DNA of 63,946 bases, the filler included, from Octopus bimaculoides (Eukaryota): the NCBI RefSeq assembly GCF_001194135.2. It is 5 parts of 5 records of this genome, joined end to end, with 100 filler letters (N's around TTAATTAATTAA, not from the genome) between each part and the next. Parts side by side here need not be neighbours in the genome. Positions count along the whole stretch, not along the records: positions 62,134 to 63,946 come from NW_026349796.1; 4 more parts are not named here. One strand, written 5' to 3'. Numbering within the stretch: the stretch's first letter is position 1; each line of letters begins with the position of its first letter. Positions 62,501-63,946 of this stretch are shown here, in pieces. Position numbers and translations under genes: made by a program. The notes beneath the pieces are model-generated. The model ran no database searches and was not told the origin of the DNA. It was given only the letters and a program-made list of their open reading frames with translations.

Positions 62501-63629
62501 CAGTTTCATTTCTGTATTTCTTGTCCATAGAGAAAGAGCCGGACTCTAACATAGATTCAAGGCTCCTTCATTGGAACTTTTATTAACATCATCTAGGTAT
62601 TTGTGCATATGTGTGTGTGTGTGCAGTATTTGGTGTTAGTGTATGCGCAGATTTGTATGTTTGTTTTATGGATGTGTTTTTATGTCTAGATGCATGCATA
62701 TGTATTTATGTGCTAAATTTTTGGAAAGTTTTACATATCTTTACAGTTCCATTGATGGCTTGAATCTGTAGTCTTCTAATCAGCCTTTTTCTTTCAGGTT
62801 TTGAGAACCATAATTTTTCCAGGTTTTTGTTGAGGCAGTTCGTTACATATCCCAATGCCNNNNNNNNNNNNNNNNNNNNNNNNNNNNNNNNNNNNNNNNN
62901 NNNNNNNNNNNNNNNNNNNNNNNNNNNNNNNNNNNNNNNNNNNNNNNNNNNNNNNNNNNNNNNNNNNNNNNNNNNNNNNNNNNNNNNNNNNNNNNNNNNN
63001 NNNNNNNNNNNNNNNNNNNNNNNNNNNNNNNNNNNNNNNNNNNNNNNNNNNNNNNNNNNNNNNNNNNNNNNNNNNNNNNNNNNNNNNNNNNNNNNNNNNN
63101 NNNNNNNNNNNNNNNNNNNNNNNNNNNNNNNNNNNNNNNNNNNNNNNNNNNNNNNNNNNNNNNNNNNNNNNNNNNNNNNNNNNNNNNNNNNNNNNNNNNN
63201 NNNNNNNNNNNNNNNNNNNNNNNNNNNNNNNNNNNNNNNNNNNNNNNNNNNNNNNNNNNNNNNNNNNNNNNNNNNNNNNNNNNNNNNNNNNNNNNNNNNN
63301 NNNNNNNNNNNNNNNNNNNNNNNNNNNNNNNNNNNNNNNNNNNNNNNNNNNNNNNNNNNNNNNNNNNNNNNNNNNGACAACTGATTTCTACTACTGTACA
63401 CAGTTTCTCTTCTCTGTCCCAGATTACTATATCCGGTCTATTATGTCTGCACTTTATTGAGGTTTTTATTGGGACCTTCCACCAATACTCTTTCATATTG
63501 TGAGTGGTAATGGCCTCTACCTCATTATGAGTTTTCATCTCCTTAGCCCCGGGGTTATCCTGTCGGCGGATTTCAGTGTACAGTGTCTTTGCCACAACAT
63601 CATGTCTCATAGGTAGGTAATACCTTGAT
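62501..63629 (-). mobile_element. 5'-truncated R4/Dong-type LINE: REL endonuclease domain, C-terminus and 3' UTR (gap 62860-63375)
   Basis: SRYYLPMRHDVVAK..EYWWKVPIKTSIKCRHNRPDIVIWDREEKLCTVVEISC (RHD and PD-(D/E)xK motifs); ALGYVTNCLNKNLEKL.FSKPERKRLIRRLQIQAINGTVKICKTFQKF; same family as 41631-42123. Confidence 0.9.
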
Positions 63630-63879
63630 ATGTATTGTGCCGATAGGTGTTTGATGTGAGTGGAACGAAATGTGTGAAGAAGACCATTGCATAGTCACGG
63701 ATTACCATTTCCTTCACAACTTACAGATTCTATCGAATGGTTAGCCTTTCGTACTATATTTCTTGGTAAGCGGACACTAACACTGCATTGCTACCGTCCA
63801 TCCCTGTAATTCGTAATCTCCCTTTCAGGTCTGCCTTTTCCGTCTGTTTCCTTTGCTTCACTCTTTCTCTATCTGGACC

Positions 63880-63905
63880 CCATCTCTCTGTCTCTTTGTC
63901 TCTCC

Positions 63906-63946
<41 letters not shown>
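63880..63946. repeat. (TC)n microsatellite
   Basis: Direct repeats to the window end. Confidence 0.95.

Overview
This is eukaryotic, AT-rich DNA dense in microsatellites, from a gappy short-read assembly. The SINE families and repeat landscape fit a coleoid cephalopod, most likely Octopus (inference from recalled repeat families, not a search). I recognise no host protein-coding gene, rRNA, tRNA or CRISPR array; only a few low-confidence candidate exons have good splice signals. The window is mostly transposon debris. (1) Dozens of tRNA-derived SINE copies from at least three modular families. (2) LINE fragments: RTE, CR1/L2-type, and R4/Dong-type with a restriction-like endonuclease. (3) A Penelope-like GIY-YIG fragment with a hammerhead-like remnant. 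(4) A near full-length dead mariner. (5) Several non-autonomous DNA transposons with verifiable TIRs and TSDs: two mariner types, hAT/Charlie-like, a Merlin-like element and a long-TIR element. Four artificial 100-nt scaffold linkers (N44-TTAATTAATTAA-N44) split the window into five joined segments, and one scaffold end carries an Illumina adapter remnant. The best leads are R4/Dong-type LINEs that appear to insert into (TACA)n microsatellites, a Merlin-like MITE, hammerhead-like variants, a mellifera-type mariner derivative, and SINEs that seed microsatellites and stack in tandem. Coordinates of degenerate repeats are approximate (roughly +/-20 nt).
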